Part shown: positions 1 to 11,865 of the stretch, in pieces
Numbering within the stretch: the first letter of the stretch is position 1
Layout: each line of letters starts with the position of its first letter
NCBI RefSeq assembly: GCF_006345805.1
Contig: NC_043000.1
Location: 107,880,001-107,944,000 of the forward strand
DNA: 64,000 nt
DNA from: Octopus sinensis
Taxonomy: Eukaryota
Direction: 5' to 3'
Translations under genes and position numbers: made by a program
The notes under the pieces: generated by a model
Told to the model about the DNA's origin: nothing
Seen by the model: only the letters and a program-made list of their open reading frames with translations
Database searches by the model: none

Positions 1-140
1 ACATCAATTGTACAACATTTTAGATGCGGAAAATATTTTTTTTCACATTTGTATAACAAAGATGGAAATTTCTCTAATCAGGGATGGATGTTCTCCGAGA
101 TCACTTCTCCCATGTCTTTTCTATATTTTTTTTAGTAGGT

Positions 141-302
141 GCAGACGTAGCTGTGTGGTAGGAGGCTTGCTTCTGAACCACATGGTTCCGAGTTCAGTCC
201 CATTGCGTGGCACCATGAGCTAGAGTATTTTACTATAGCTTCGTCTCCACCAAGGCCTTGTAAGTGGATTTGGTAGACGGAAACTGAAAGGAGCCATTCG
301 TG

Positions 303-336
<34 letters not shown>

Positions 337-447
337 ATATATTATATATATATATATATACATATATATGTGTGTGTGTGTGTGTTTTCTTTTTCCCCAT
401 CCACCGTTTAACAACCGGCGATGGCGTGTTTACACCACTCCGTCACA
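141..447 (+). mobile_element. tRNA-headed SINE family A, 3'-truncated
   Basis: Head gctgtgtggtag...ggttccgagttcagtccc (A/B-box-like), body gtggatttggtagacggaaactgaaag, internal (TA)n/(TG)n; same layout as 5844-6292. Confidence 0.85.
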
Positions 448-467
448 TTAAACTTGGTCACAATAAT

Positions 468-667
468 CCTTTCTACTATAGGCACAAGGCCTGAAATTTG
501 TACGAGGGGATAGTCGATTACTTCGACCTCAGTAGACAACTGGTACATATTTTAGCGACTCCGAAAGGATAAAAGGTAAAGTTGACTTCAGTGGAATTTG
601 AACTCAGAACGTAAATACGGACGAATTGCCGCTAAACATTTTGTCCAACGTGCCACCCCATCACCTT
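468..667 (-). mobile_element. SINE family B with ~20-bp target-site duplication
   Basis: Matches family B (gaatttgaactcagaacg core); flanked by ttaaacttggtca(c/t)aataat at 448-467 and 666-685. Confidence 0.85.
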
Positions 668-862
668 AAACTTGGTCATAATAATAACACCTGTAAAATT
701 TATCTTCTTAATAATGAGTTATTAGATCTTGTCACATTGCGGCATGTCTATCCGGATAAATGATATCTATTGGTATAAATTCGTTGTTCTCGAAAAATAC
801 TTGGCGTCCATGATCTTGCTGTTGGTTGAGCGGCCTATATTCATTTCCTAGATATGGTAGTG

Positions 863-1206
863 TGTGGAGGCCCAATGGCCAAGTGGTTAGGGCAGCGGTC
901 GTAGGATCACGGTTTCGATTGCCAGATCGGGCATTGTGAGTGTTTATTGAGCGAAAACACCTAAAGCCCCACGAGGCTCCGGCAGGGGATGGTGGAAAAC
1001 CCTGCTGTACTGTTTCACCAAAACTTTCTCTCACCCTTTCTTTCTGTGTCTGTTCTACTTGTGTTTCAAAGGGCCAGCCTTGTCACATGCTGTATCACGC
1101 TGAATCTCACCGAGAACTACGTTAAGGGTACACGTGTCTTGCACGTTAATTTCATGAACAGGCTGTTCTGTTGATCGGGTCAACTGGAACCCTCGTCGTC
1201 ATAACC
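863..1206 (+). mobile_element. tRNA-headed SINE family C, full length
   Basis: Head gtggaggcccaatggccaagtggttagggc...ggtttcgattgcc; body gtttattgagcgaaaacacctaaag shared with 6703-6987. Confidence 0.85.
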
Positions 1207-1261
1207 TTTGGGTGTATATTTTTATTCAAGCTATATTGTATATTATTAATATTTGGACCAA

Positions 1262-1424
1262 TGCGGGGAGCTGGTAGAATCGGTAGCACGCTGGGCGCTT
1301 CGTTCGTCTTTATGTTCTGAGATAAAATTCGCCGAGGTCGATTTTATCTATTATCCTTTCGGAGTTGATAAAATAAATAGCAGATGAGCACCGAATTTGC
1401 TAGCCTTGTGCCAAAATTTGAAAC
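1262..1424 (+). mobile_element. decayed SINE family B
   Basis: gagctggtagaatcggtagcacg...gccgaggtcga...ccttgtgccaaaatttgaaacc. Confidence 0.7.
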
Positions 1425-2485
1425 CATTATTTTTATTTGGACCAAATACTGCTGCTGCTGGTTGCCAATTGTTCAACTTACCAATCAGAGTTGCGATTGT
1501 TCAGAAATAGGTCATCGTTAAAAAGCGTGGTGAATGATTGTCTAACTAACCCTCCGATCATCTTTATCTCAATTACATTATCCAATGTCATATCTTTTAA
1601 AACTAATACATGTTGCACGATCTGCGAAAGATTTTTATTGCATTACTGGCTGGTTGAGCGACCAGGTAGGAATTCCTTCGTCTGTCTTGTATTACACCAA
1701 CGTTAAAGGTTGTCTGCATGGGATGGTGATTAATCCTCTCACTACTTATCGGCAACTTATCATTTGTAATTAAAGATTCCAGCAGTTAGTGCCATAAATT
1801 TATGACATGTTGGATCGAAGGAACTATTTTCCTTACCTTTGAACTTGTTAGAAGAAGATTTATGCCAACATAGAAAATATGGTAATGACTATACAACCGG
1901 TTTTATTGGTTATGAGTTTAAATCCACATTTATGTATACAGAGATTAACAATTCCTACAATGAGATTAACACTCTTTCCAGTAATAAACACTGAATCGAT
2001 TCAATCGACTGAAACAATAAAGTTATAGAAATATAGTGGAACGGGAAGGGAAGCGGAGAAAGAGAGACTGTGAAGGTGGGATGTGTGTTGTAGTATGTGC
2101 AAAGAACAAAATGTCAGGTTATAGAGATTGTAAAAGATGCTTGAAATCACGCGAAAATCAGTTTATGTGATCCAGAAATTATTTGTATTTCAAACCCTTT
2201 GGTTCGTGTTATAACCTAAGATTTAAATGTCATACCGGAGTGTTGGTGTTGTTGCTGATCTGATTAGTAAGAATAAAAGAGGAGCGCTATAAGTGACAAC
2301 CGCTATAAAACGATATTAGAAAATAGGTGAAAATGAACTATTACCATTGCATAATTGTGTGACAAGTATTTATTTTAAATAACAATAACAAATAACTATG
2401 ACGACGCGAACATGTTGATTCTCGGTAGAATTCATAATAAAAGTAACAGGGAAAAAGAACAACATAAATATATTCTTTTCTACTC

Positions 2486-2925
2486 TAGGCACAAGGCCTG
2501 AAATTTTGCGGGAGGAGGCCAGTAGTTTCGATCGCTCCCAGTACGCAGCTGGTACTTAATTTATCGACCCCGAAAGGATGTAAAGCAAAGTCGACCTCGG
2601 CGGAATTTGCACTCAGAACGTAAAGACAGACGAAATACTGCGTAAATGTATTAAGACAGGTAATCTTCACCGGAACACCAATAACAACAATACTGTTATA
2701 TTTCTTTATTGCCCACAAGGGACAAACAAGGACAGACAAGGGTATTAAGTCGATTACATCGACACCAGTGCGAAACTGGTACTTATTTAATCGACCTCGA
2801 AAGGATGAAAGGCAAAGTCGATCTCAGCGGAATTTGAACTCAGAACGTAAATTCAGTCGAAATACTGCGTAAATACATTAAGACATGTAATCTTCACCGG
2901 AACACCACCAACAACAATACTGTTA
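2486..2925 (-). mobile_element. SINE family B head-to-tail dimer with duplicated ~62-bp non-SINE segment
   Basis: Two B bodies, each bordered by cgtaaat..attaagaca.gtaatcttcaccggaacacca..aacaacaatactgtta (about 2640-2698 and 2867-2925). Confidence 0.8.
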
Positions 2926-3188
2926 GCCTAAATGAACACCATAAGCGCAATAAAAATAAAAGCAGCAGTTGCAGCAGCAGCTACAACGAAAACAATAACT
3001 GTAAAATATTAAGTACGACTTTAATAGCAAGAGGAAAACACCGCTTATAAAAATAACATGCAAATAAAAACAAAAAAAAAATGAACAGTAGAAATAAATA
3101 AGGATGGCGTTAACCATAGAATAGCAATTGTAACAGCAATAACAGCGTCTTACAGTGACAGGGATTTGTGGCGGTGTGTTATATTATA

Positions 3189-3675
3189 CCGAACTTCGGA
3201 TCTTTACACTTTGGACGGCAGATCAAGAAAGGAATTTTTTGTAACTAAACACTTTCAAACTTCGGACACGGGTAGAATGTGTCATATAAAGCATCTTTTA
3301 CTCTTAGTGTTATTGAGATAAGTTTGTATTTTCAAAGTTATTTCGTGTTAAAGTTGTCGTATTTCGGTGATTTCAACCAATCAATGACGTGTATTCAACT
3401 GAATAAAATTACTGCTGTTGTTTGTCAACGACTTCCGGCGGTATATATTTCGTTTGTCACTGTTATTTATGGTATATTTCATCTCAGTTACGTTTGTATG
3501 AATAAACGAGTGTATCTGAAACATGTTTACTTCATGGCACCACCACAATCGTTCGTGCATTTTTATTGCTTTTAGTTTTTTTCCTGTTTTTCAGCTACTA
3601 TTTTCGGAAAATGTTTAGTTACAAAAATATTAATTTCTGGATCTGCCGTTCAAAGGGTAAAGATCCCGAACTTCG
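3189..3675. mobile_element. MITE / non-autonomous Tc1-mariner-type element
   Basis: ~70-bp imperfect TIRs (ccgaacttcggatctttacactttggacggcagatc... vs ...gatctgccgttcaaagggtaaagatcccgaacttcg), TA on both sides, no ORF. Confidence 0.75.
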
Positions 3676-4153
3676 TACATGTTTGGTACTTTAATTTAAC
3701 GATTCCCAAAGAACAAATTTGATCAGAACAAGATTTGAACTCAGAACGTTAAGGAGCGAAACCAAATAAGGCAAGATCATTTGTCCGAGGGTCTAACAGT
3801 TCTGTCAGTAATTCACCGCCTTACACAGCATCAGACAGAAAGACTTCCATATTTGTTTTGGCTTATTATGCTCTGAGTTCCCATCAATACCAACTTTGTA
3901 TTTTTCTCTTACCAGTATCGTTAAACAAAGTGCTCCTCATATGTTCTACTTTTTTTCTGTCTCTCTCAGGAATCGATTATGAAGAACATTGTATTAGAGG
4001 GAATTTTGCTGCTATTTCAAGCAAGCTCACGCCACATCATGAGGTCCTTCCCACTTTGACTTAAGAATTATAGTGTTAGTGATGGCTGCTACTGCATTAT
4101 CATCATTACTATCAACAATATTATAGCTAGAATATTTAATTTTGCTTAGGAAG

Positions 4154-4456
4154 ATAATAATAAGCTTTTCAAATTTAGGCAGAAGAGCAGCAATTTTTGA
4201 CAGGAGGGAAGTGTGGTGGATATGCTATCGACCTTGATATTTGACTGCTACTTATTTTCATGAAAAGTAAAGGTATACCCGGCAGAAATTGAACTCAAAA
4301 TATAAAGATCATGGAGTCCAAATCCTCCTGAGGATACCTTTACTTTTCATGAAAATAAGTAGCAGTGAAGTATCAGGGTCGATTGCATATCCACCACACT
4401 TCCCTCATGTCAAAAATTGCAGCTCTTCTGCCTAAATTTGAAAAGCTTATTATTAT
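4154..4456. repeat. tail-out inverted pair of SINE B 3' ends
   Basis: 123-bp arms (4154-4276 / 4334-4456), about 6 mismatches, 57-bp spacer continuing the B body. Confidence 0.9.
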
Positions 4457-4478
4457 TATTAACTACATCTAAAAATAA

Positions 4479-4640
4479 GGCAGGGAATTCGCAGAATTGT
4501 TAGAGCTTCGGACAGAATGTCATGTCGTATTCGTTCTGAGTCTCTGCACACTGAACTCAAATGCCGTCGGGCTCAAACTTGTTAACGATGCCTTTCATCC
4601 TTTCAGAATGGAAGATTAAAGTACTAGCACAGTATCGGTA
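4479..4640 (+). mobile_element. decayed SINE family B
   Basis: gcagaattgttagagc...gcctttcatcctttc...aagtactag. Confidence 0.55.
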
Positions 4641-4689
4641 TAGTTCTTGGTATTGATATTGAGTGTTGTTGTTGTTATTGTTGTTGTCG

Positions 4690-4972
4690 TCGTCTTCTTC
4701 TTCTTCTTCTTCTTCTTCTTCTTCTTCTTCTTTCTTCTTTTTCTTCTTCTTCTTCTTCTTCTTCTTCTTCTTCTTCTTCTTCTTCTTCTTCTTCTTTTTC
4801 TTTTTCTTTTTCTTCTTTCTTCTTTTTTGTTCTTCTTCTTCTTCTTTTTCTTTTTCTTCTTTCTTCTTTTTTGTTCTTCTTTTTCTTCTTTTTTATTCTT
4901 CTTTTTCTTCTTCTTTTTGTTCTTCTTTTTCTTCTTCTTTTTGTTCTTCTTCTTCTTCTTCTTCCTCCTCCT

Positions 4973-5020
<48 letters not shown>
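4690..5020. repeat. compound (CTT)n/(CTA)n microsatellite
   Basis: Direct reading; source of the poly-F/L/S ORFs. Confidence 0.95.
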
Positions 5021-5021
<1 letters not shown>

Positions 5022-5843
5022 CTTTCCTCCTTCATCATCACAATTCCTTGCTCTTCATTTTTTCTCAGTATTGTACGTGTAAATCGAAAATAACTCTTAT
5101 CCATATATATATATATATGGGAGAGAGAGGGAGAGAGAGGGAGAGAGAGAGACAAACAGACAGAGAGAGTTAATAACCAGGGTTCTATAACAAATTTGTT
5201 GGTTTGCCGAACAAAATGTTTTGGACGTAAATGATATCCACCCCGCAGGCTAAACCGGTGATTTTTCCATTTTCACAGAAGATTGCTGTCTCCTTGTGCT
5301 TCGTTTCTGTCAATGCCATGTCTGACATGAGAATTGAGATGACTATTCAATCTCGTGTTTTTGTAACTGTGCGCTTCTACCTGGTTAGATGTGCAGATAT
5401 TGGCACTTTTCCATCGCCAGAAGACTTTCACTAGTTGGAATGCCAAATCAGGTCACTATAAAGTGACATTTGTACGTCGTTGCATTATAGTGATAAACAC
5501 TTGTATAAAATGAGGCACTTGTATAAAATCAGAGTCTCCGTGATAAATACTTAGTGAGAGGCGAAACGAGATGACAAGTAATCATGTGAAATGCTGAGAC
5601 AACAGCTCGGAAATCCTTCACTTTTGGTAGTTTTTATTTACTTACTAATTAACCTACACCTGGAGCCATGCTAGTGCTCCGTGTCAGAGTAAACCTGACA
5701 AAAAACGTGGGTAAGAGCTGGTCTCAGATTCTTTGTACATCTGGAAATCCCGATCCAGGACCCCATAACCAGAAATAGTTTAAAGTTATGCACTTGAAAA
5801 ATACACACACATACACATGTACACTATACATCATATCCTATAT

Positions 5844-5997
5844 GGCTGTGTGTTAAGTAGCTTGCTTACCAACCACATGGTTCCGGGTTCAGTCTCACTG
5901 CGTGGCACCTAGGGCAAGTGTCTTCTACTATAGCTCCGGGCCGGCCAAACTCTTGTGAGTGGATTTGGTAGACGGAAACTGAAAGAAGCCCGTAGTG

Positions 5998-6081
<84 letters not shown>

Positions 6082-6292
6082 TGTGTCTGTGTTTGTCCCT
6101 CAACATCGCTTGACAAGCGGTGGTGGTGTGTTTGTGTCCCCGTAACATAGCGGTGCGGCAAAAGAGACCGATAGAATAAGTACTTGGCTTACAACCAATA
6201 AGTCCTGAAGTGGATTTGCTCAACTAAAGGCGGTGCTTCAGCCCGGCCGCAGTCAAGTGACTGAAACAAGGAAAAGTGTAAAGAGTAAGAGT
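5844..6292 (+). mobile_element. SINE family A, full length
   Basis: tRNA-like head, internal (TA)(TG)n, 3' half ending gactgaaacaagg...gtaaagagtaagag. Confidence 0.9.
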
Positions 6293-6297
6293 ATATA

Positions 6298-6405
<108 letters not shown>

Positions 6406-6473
6406 AGTATATATATATATATGTATATAAGTATATATACATATATATATATGAATATACGTACATATATGTA

Positions 6474-6575
6474 TGAGGTGTTCTGATAAGTTCCTGACTT
6501 TGGGTAAAAGAAACTACAGGAGGATCAGTTAATTATATTATTCAACATATTCCCCTCTCATATTCACACTCACAC
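6474..6575. mobile_element. mariner-like terminal fragment
   Basis: TA followed by tgaggtgttctgataagttcc, resembling mariner TIR starts; partner end not seen. Confidence 0.4.
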
Positions 6576-6618
6576 TCACCTGTATATCTGTATATACATA
6601 CATATATGTATATATATA

Positions 6619-6702
<84 letters not shown>

Positions 6703-6706
<4 letters not shown>

Positions 6707-6984
6707 CGTGCTCACCGTGACCGACCAGGCTATCAGATGTTACTACACATCGCTGGTCACAATGCGTTTCGCATTGTTTTAGCTAAGCGAGCTGGCTAGT
6801 AGAAGAAAGAGTGAGAGAAAGTTGTGGCGAAAGAGTACGGCAGGGATCGCCACCCTCCCTGTCGGAGCCTCGTGGAGCTTTAGGTGTTTTCGCTCAATAA
6901 ACACTCACAACGCCCGGTCTAGGAATCGAAACCTCGATCCTACGACCGCGAGTCCGCTGCCCTAACCACTGGGCCATTGCGCCT

Positions 6985-6987
<3 letters not shown>
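6703..6987 (-). mobile_element. SINE family C variant with alternative 3' tail
   Basis: Head and ~170 bp match 863-1206; the tail (gcgatgtgtagtaacatctgatagcctggtcggtcacggtg) differs. Confidence 0.85.
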
Positions 6988-7076
<89 letters not shown>

Positions 7077-7136
7077 GAAATATTAAAATTACTAAGTCTC
7101 TCTAAAAGAGAACAGCGGCAGCGTTCCCGGAAAATA

Positions 7137-7460
7137 ATAGTTATCGCCATACTAATATGGCATTCTTATAAAAATATGAAAAAAGCTGTCCGCTTATTAG
7201 CTCCATGAGGCCATCGCCTTAAGTTAGCTATTTGATACACAAACTGTATCCATATAACCTTCGAACAAGGGGCAATACTCCGAAACGCGTCTGTAGCTGC
7301 CGGTCAAGTAGTGTGGAGCGACTGACCTCCCTTGTTCGAAGGTTTTATGGATACAGTTTGTGTATCAAATAGCTAACTTAAGGCGATGGCCTCATGGAGC
7401 TAATAAGCGGACAGCTTTTTTCTTATTTTTATAAGAATGCCATATTAGTATGGCGATAAC

Positions 7461-7463
<3 letters not shown>
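7137..7463. mobile_element. PLE-type mini-element with inverted duplicate of its 3' end and partial hammerhead
   Basis: 135-bp arms (7137-7271 / 7329-7463, 2 mismatches), 57-bp spacer; GGGG-CAAUA-CUCC-GAAA-CGCG-UC at 7269-7291; right end abuts (TA)n. Confidence 0.8.
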
Positions 7464-7492
<29 letters not shown>

Positions 7493-7879
7493 TACATGTG
7501 TGTGTGTGTGTGTGTTTGTGTAAAAGATTATAACGGTCGTATTTTTTATCTGATTTTCTCCAAACTAGGAACATATATTACTTATGTTCCAGGGATGGTT
7601 TTAGACTCTCAAAATGTTTTCAGATAATGAGTAACGCGTCACCTGGGGGAAGAAGACACCCATTCCTGGGTTACGTGGCGAAGAGAAGTAACTCTTTGTG
7701 AAGTAACTTTCAGAAATTTATTGTCGCCCTTCCGTTCATTGGTCATAAAAATTATTATTTTTTATATTACATTCACTTATTTGAACTTTAAAAAAATATT
7801 TATTTCCGGTTTTCTAGCGTCAGTGACGTCTATCTTTATTTCTATCTCTCTATATCTCTCTATCTATTTCTCTCTATCC

Positions 7880-7896
7880 ATCTTTATGTATGTATG

Positions 7897-7930
<34 letters not shown>

Positions 7931-8000
7931 TTATGTATGTATGTATGCATGCATGCATGTATGTATGTATGTATGTATGTATGTATGTATGTATGTATCT

Positions 8001-8099
<99 letters not shown>

Positions 8100-8112
8100 C
8101 ATCCATCCATCC

Positions 8113-8146
<34 letters not shown>

Positions 8147-8158
8147 ATATATATATAT
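7880..8158. repeat. compound (TATG)/(TCAA)/(TCTA) microsatellite
   Basis: Direct reading. Confidence 0.95.
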
Positions 8159-8239
8159 CAGACTTTATCTTATTTGTCTAACTAGCTAGTTCTCTCCCTC
8201 CCCCTCTCTATACATCTCTATATTGTTTTCACTCTCTAT

Positions 8240-9606
8240 TATTTCCACTTTTTCTCTTCAGACGCTATTCTTTTCACTTTAAGTTCAATTACTATTGTTT
8301 TCACTGTAAGTTTTCAATGGCTATTTATTAACAACGGCAAATTATTGACAGATAGAATTTCGCAATTACTGATGAAAGTAATTTCATACATATTTTACTG
8401 ATAGAAGTAACTTCATAAATTTCACTTCAATCCGCACACTTCGTTAAATATGCCTACAAATTTCATATTTACTTTTGCAATGGTTTTATGTTTTTCTGTT
8501 GTTAACGGCTTTTTTCTGGTTCCCTCGACACTGGTTCACTAAGTGACAAATTTTGCTTCAACCCGTACAATTTTATATTTTCCGTAAAAACTTCTTATTG
8601 GTTTTCTGCCCGCGTATTAAGAAATATAAGTTCCATTACCCAGTTATTTTCGTTGTTTTCTATTTTCTGCACCCGTGTATTTTTGTACACATATATAACC
8701 GTGCCTAGAAGCAATGTGTCAAATCTGTGTGGAATGTCAAGATCAGCCAAAAGAATGTCTCTGTCCTGGGAAAGAGAGACAGCTGCAGAAAGAGAAGCAT
8801 ACCAAGAAACGAACAGACAGTGCACTCCAAAAGCCAGAGTATCTCAAAGTGATGAACAGAGGTATGCACTGCTGACAAGGAATATGATCCCCATTGCAGA
8901 ACGAAGAGCAGTCGCAACAGCTCAGAGAAGCAACTTCTATGAAGCAGCTTTCAATTATGAGCCGTCAGTTCATTATACAGATGTCACTAGTTTCCATTGG
9001 TGCAATAGCAACTGAGTGCAAAATTGAAAAGCTAGGAAGTGGCCTGGAGAGACACCTGCACTGTGCTGCAGTGGTGGAAATGTTAAACTTCCTGCAATAC
9101 CCCAACCTTCAGAGGTATTGAAGAAACTGTTGTCATCAACTGATCAAGATTCCAAGCACTTCTAAAGCAAAATTAGACAATACAACGCTGCACTACAGAT
9201 GACATCATTCGAGCCACAACAGGTTTAACTGAGCCAGGATTCATGCAAACGTTCAAGATCCAAGGTCAGATCTATCATCGGATTGGCTCTCTACTACCTC
9301 TGTGAAATGAATCACCAAAATCGGCTTTTTATTGCTTATAATCTGTAGCTGTTTTTTGGTTACGAAATAAGCTACGCAAAAGGTGTTTTTTGATTTAATG
9401 TATTTACTTTATATTCATATGTGACTTGAAAACATTCTTCTAACATTTCACTTCACGGATATGTTCTATGCTGGCATGGGTTGGAGAATTATTGATGTAG
9501 AAAGTTTGTATTTCAGCTACTAGCAGTTGAGACCTACGTAATCTAGACGACATTTAAACATTTCATTATTCTGTTTAACGCTGGCAACGCCGGGTATTTC
9601 TGCTAG
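8240..9606 (+). mobile_element. internally deleted Helitron
   Basis: Coding remnant plus a 3' terminus of hairpin ctggcaacgccgg (9581-9593) then CTAG|T (9603-9607); 5' boundary uncertain. Confidence 0.75.
8730..9325 (+). pseudogene. Helitron Rep-Hel N-terminal region (Zn-finger-like and pre-Rep), frameshifted
   Basis: Across frames: AAFNYEP..Y, SIGA, KWPGETP.LCCSGGNVKLP, IRQYNAALQMTSF, FKIQGQIYHRIGSLLP; all typical of Helitron N-termini. Confidence 0.85.
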
Positions 9607-9959
9607 TATACATATATGTTATTAGTAATGACACAACACAAATACGACATAAGCATCTCTTTGGGTAAATTATTGTTAGCACATCTCCACGATATTATTA
9701 ACCTTGTCGCGATGTCTGTTCGAATGCTAAGCTTTCAAAGAAAAAGAACTTCGTTTTGGTCTTATTGACATTGTTGTCAGACAGGAAGCCAGCAATTGCG
9801 GGTGGAATAGAGAGAAAAGGTTAGAATTTTTAATTATATTAACTAGCCTTCAAAAACTTTTGATTAAATGTACATCAATTCTAAAACTTAATCTTTAACA
9901 AAATTCCACTCCGTTTTTTTCTCTCATTATCATAAAAATTATAAATTTATCATAAAAAT

Positions 9960-10037
9960 CATAAATTTATCAATCTTTATAATATTAATTCAATGCTTTA
10001 GCATTGAATTAATATTATGAAGCTTGATAAATTTATG
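9960..10037. repeat. AT-rich near-perfect palindrome
   Basis: 38-bp arms, 2 mismatches, 2-nt centre. Confidence 0.9.
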
Positions 10038-11463
10038 CATAACAAAAATGAATTAAGTATGTAAGTATAAGCGAAGATAAGATATATGTTTTACGGATGG
10101 CAGTAATATAGAGTGTTAGACATAGATAATGCTGATATGACGGCAACAAACTAACAAATGTGACGTATGTCGTCAGAGCGGGAGTATTTCTGTACATGCT
10201 AATCCACTGCATTATGGCACAGATCAGCAGTCGAGTAAACCGTCTGCAATACATGATTGGTCCATTACTGTACCGACAATTTGAAGCATAAAATGCACTG
10301 TTGATCTCTGAAACATTTGAAATCAGAGCGTAATTTGCCAGAACGAAGACCACAAATAATTTTGTTCGTTACTTTAACCCCATAACTGCTAAATTAAATT
10401 TCATGATTATTCTATTAATGTGAAATATTTATCAAAAATAAAAAAAAAGAAATAGAATTGATAATTTTGGTAAGTCACGTTGCCTCAGTGAAGTTCACAC
10501 ATCTAGGCAAAAAATAGTTTCAAACATGTCATTCGTCGACAAAAGATAGATTGATCTACAAAAACGCTTTCTGTAGTTAAAGCTAATAAAATTTTGAGTG
10601 GATGAGACTGATTTCCGCTGTAAAAGATTTTAAGTTTCTACAAACCACTCATTTTCTCTGGCTAGATATCGTAAACTTTCGAAATTTATATCTGCTTTGA
10701 CACTTTATGTATGTCGTTTGATTTTGTGTTTCAAACGAGTTGCCAGTTTTATAGTACATTTGATCTTCTAAAAACATGAGCAATCAAAATTTTTCTTCCT
10801 GAACATAAAGATGCTGGAATCTGAGGAATTCTATGCACTTATAAGAGCTACCTTTAATCATTTGTGGATAATGGCCTCCAGAGCATAAATGTTAAAGATG
10901 GTGTTTGTTATACCGCGTGTATCTATTTTACAAGTGTTTCAGTACTGGTACGATTTACACTACTCCAGTATAAAAACTACTTGACGATTGTATATTACCA
11001 TTCATTTAGAGTGATTTGTTTGTATGTCAGCTAAGAGTTAAATATCATTTCCGTAAGCATATTGCTGCCTTGGTTACGGAATACAAGCCTATGAACATCG
11101 GAGGACTAGCCTGGCACACTGCCTACTTTCAGCAACAATAATAGAGATACGTATCAAAACTATAATTAGCTTTAAAATGAAGACGAAAACTTATTGCTAT
11201 CGTGCTGGATAATAAAGACGACAATTACGGCGATAACACCAACAACGCCTACGAAGATTATGATGACGACGACAACGAAGACGATGCTTTTTTGCATAGA
11301 CGTGAAAAGTAATGTCAAATATGGTATTATGACGTCAAACATAGTGATGTTGATTATGAGGAATAACGATGGCAATCGTAATATGATGATGATGATGATG
11401 ACGATAATAAGGATTGCCAAGCAGAATAAAAACTCTCTCACTCCATCTCTTTCTCTCCCTCTC

Positions 11464-11553
<90 letters not shown>

Positions 11554-11725
11554 TAAAAACGGTAAGATAACAAAAGAAAGAGACCTCAATATTATGTAAG
11601 TAGAGGAAATTTATCTGTAAATTAATGTTACCATTATTCAATAGCCAAGATAAAAGTCTGAGTTTCGGATTTCGAAGTGGAATCCACAACACCATCTCTT
11701 CGGTTATCTGGCCATATATATATAT

Positions 11726-11803
<78 letters not shown>

Positions 11804-11865
11804 CATATATATATATATAAATATACACACATATATATATATATTTATATAAATATATGTATGTA

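Noticed and set aside
1460-1495. Paired CCAAT boxes as a promoter
   Set aside because: Short motifs expected by chance; no supporting TSS or exon.
8385-8430. CTGATGA as a hammerhead
   Set aside because: No stem II-GAAA or stem I; part of a ~31-bp tandem repeat.
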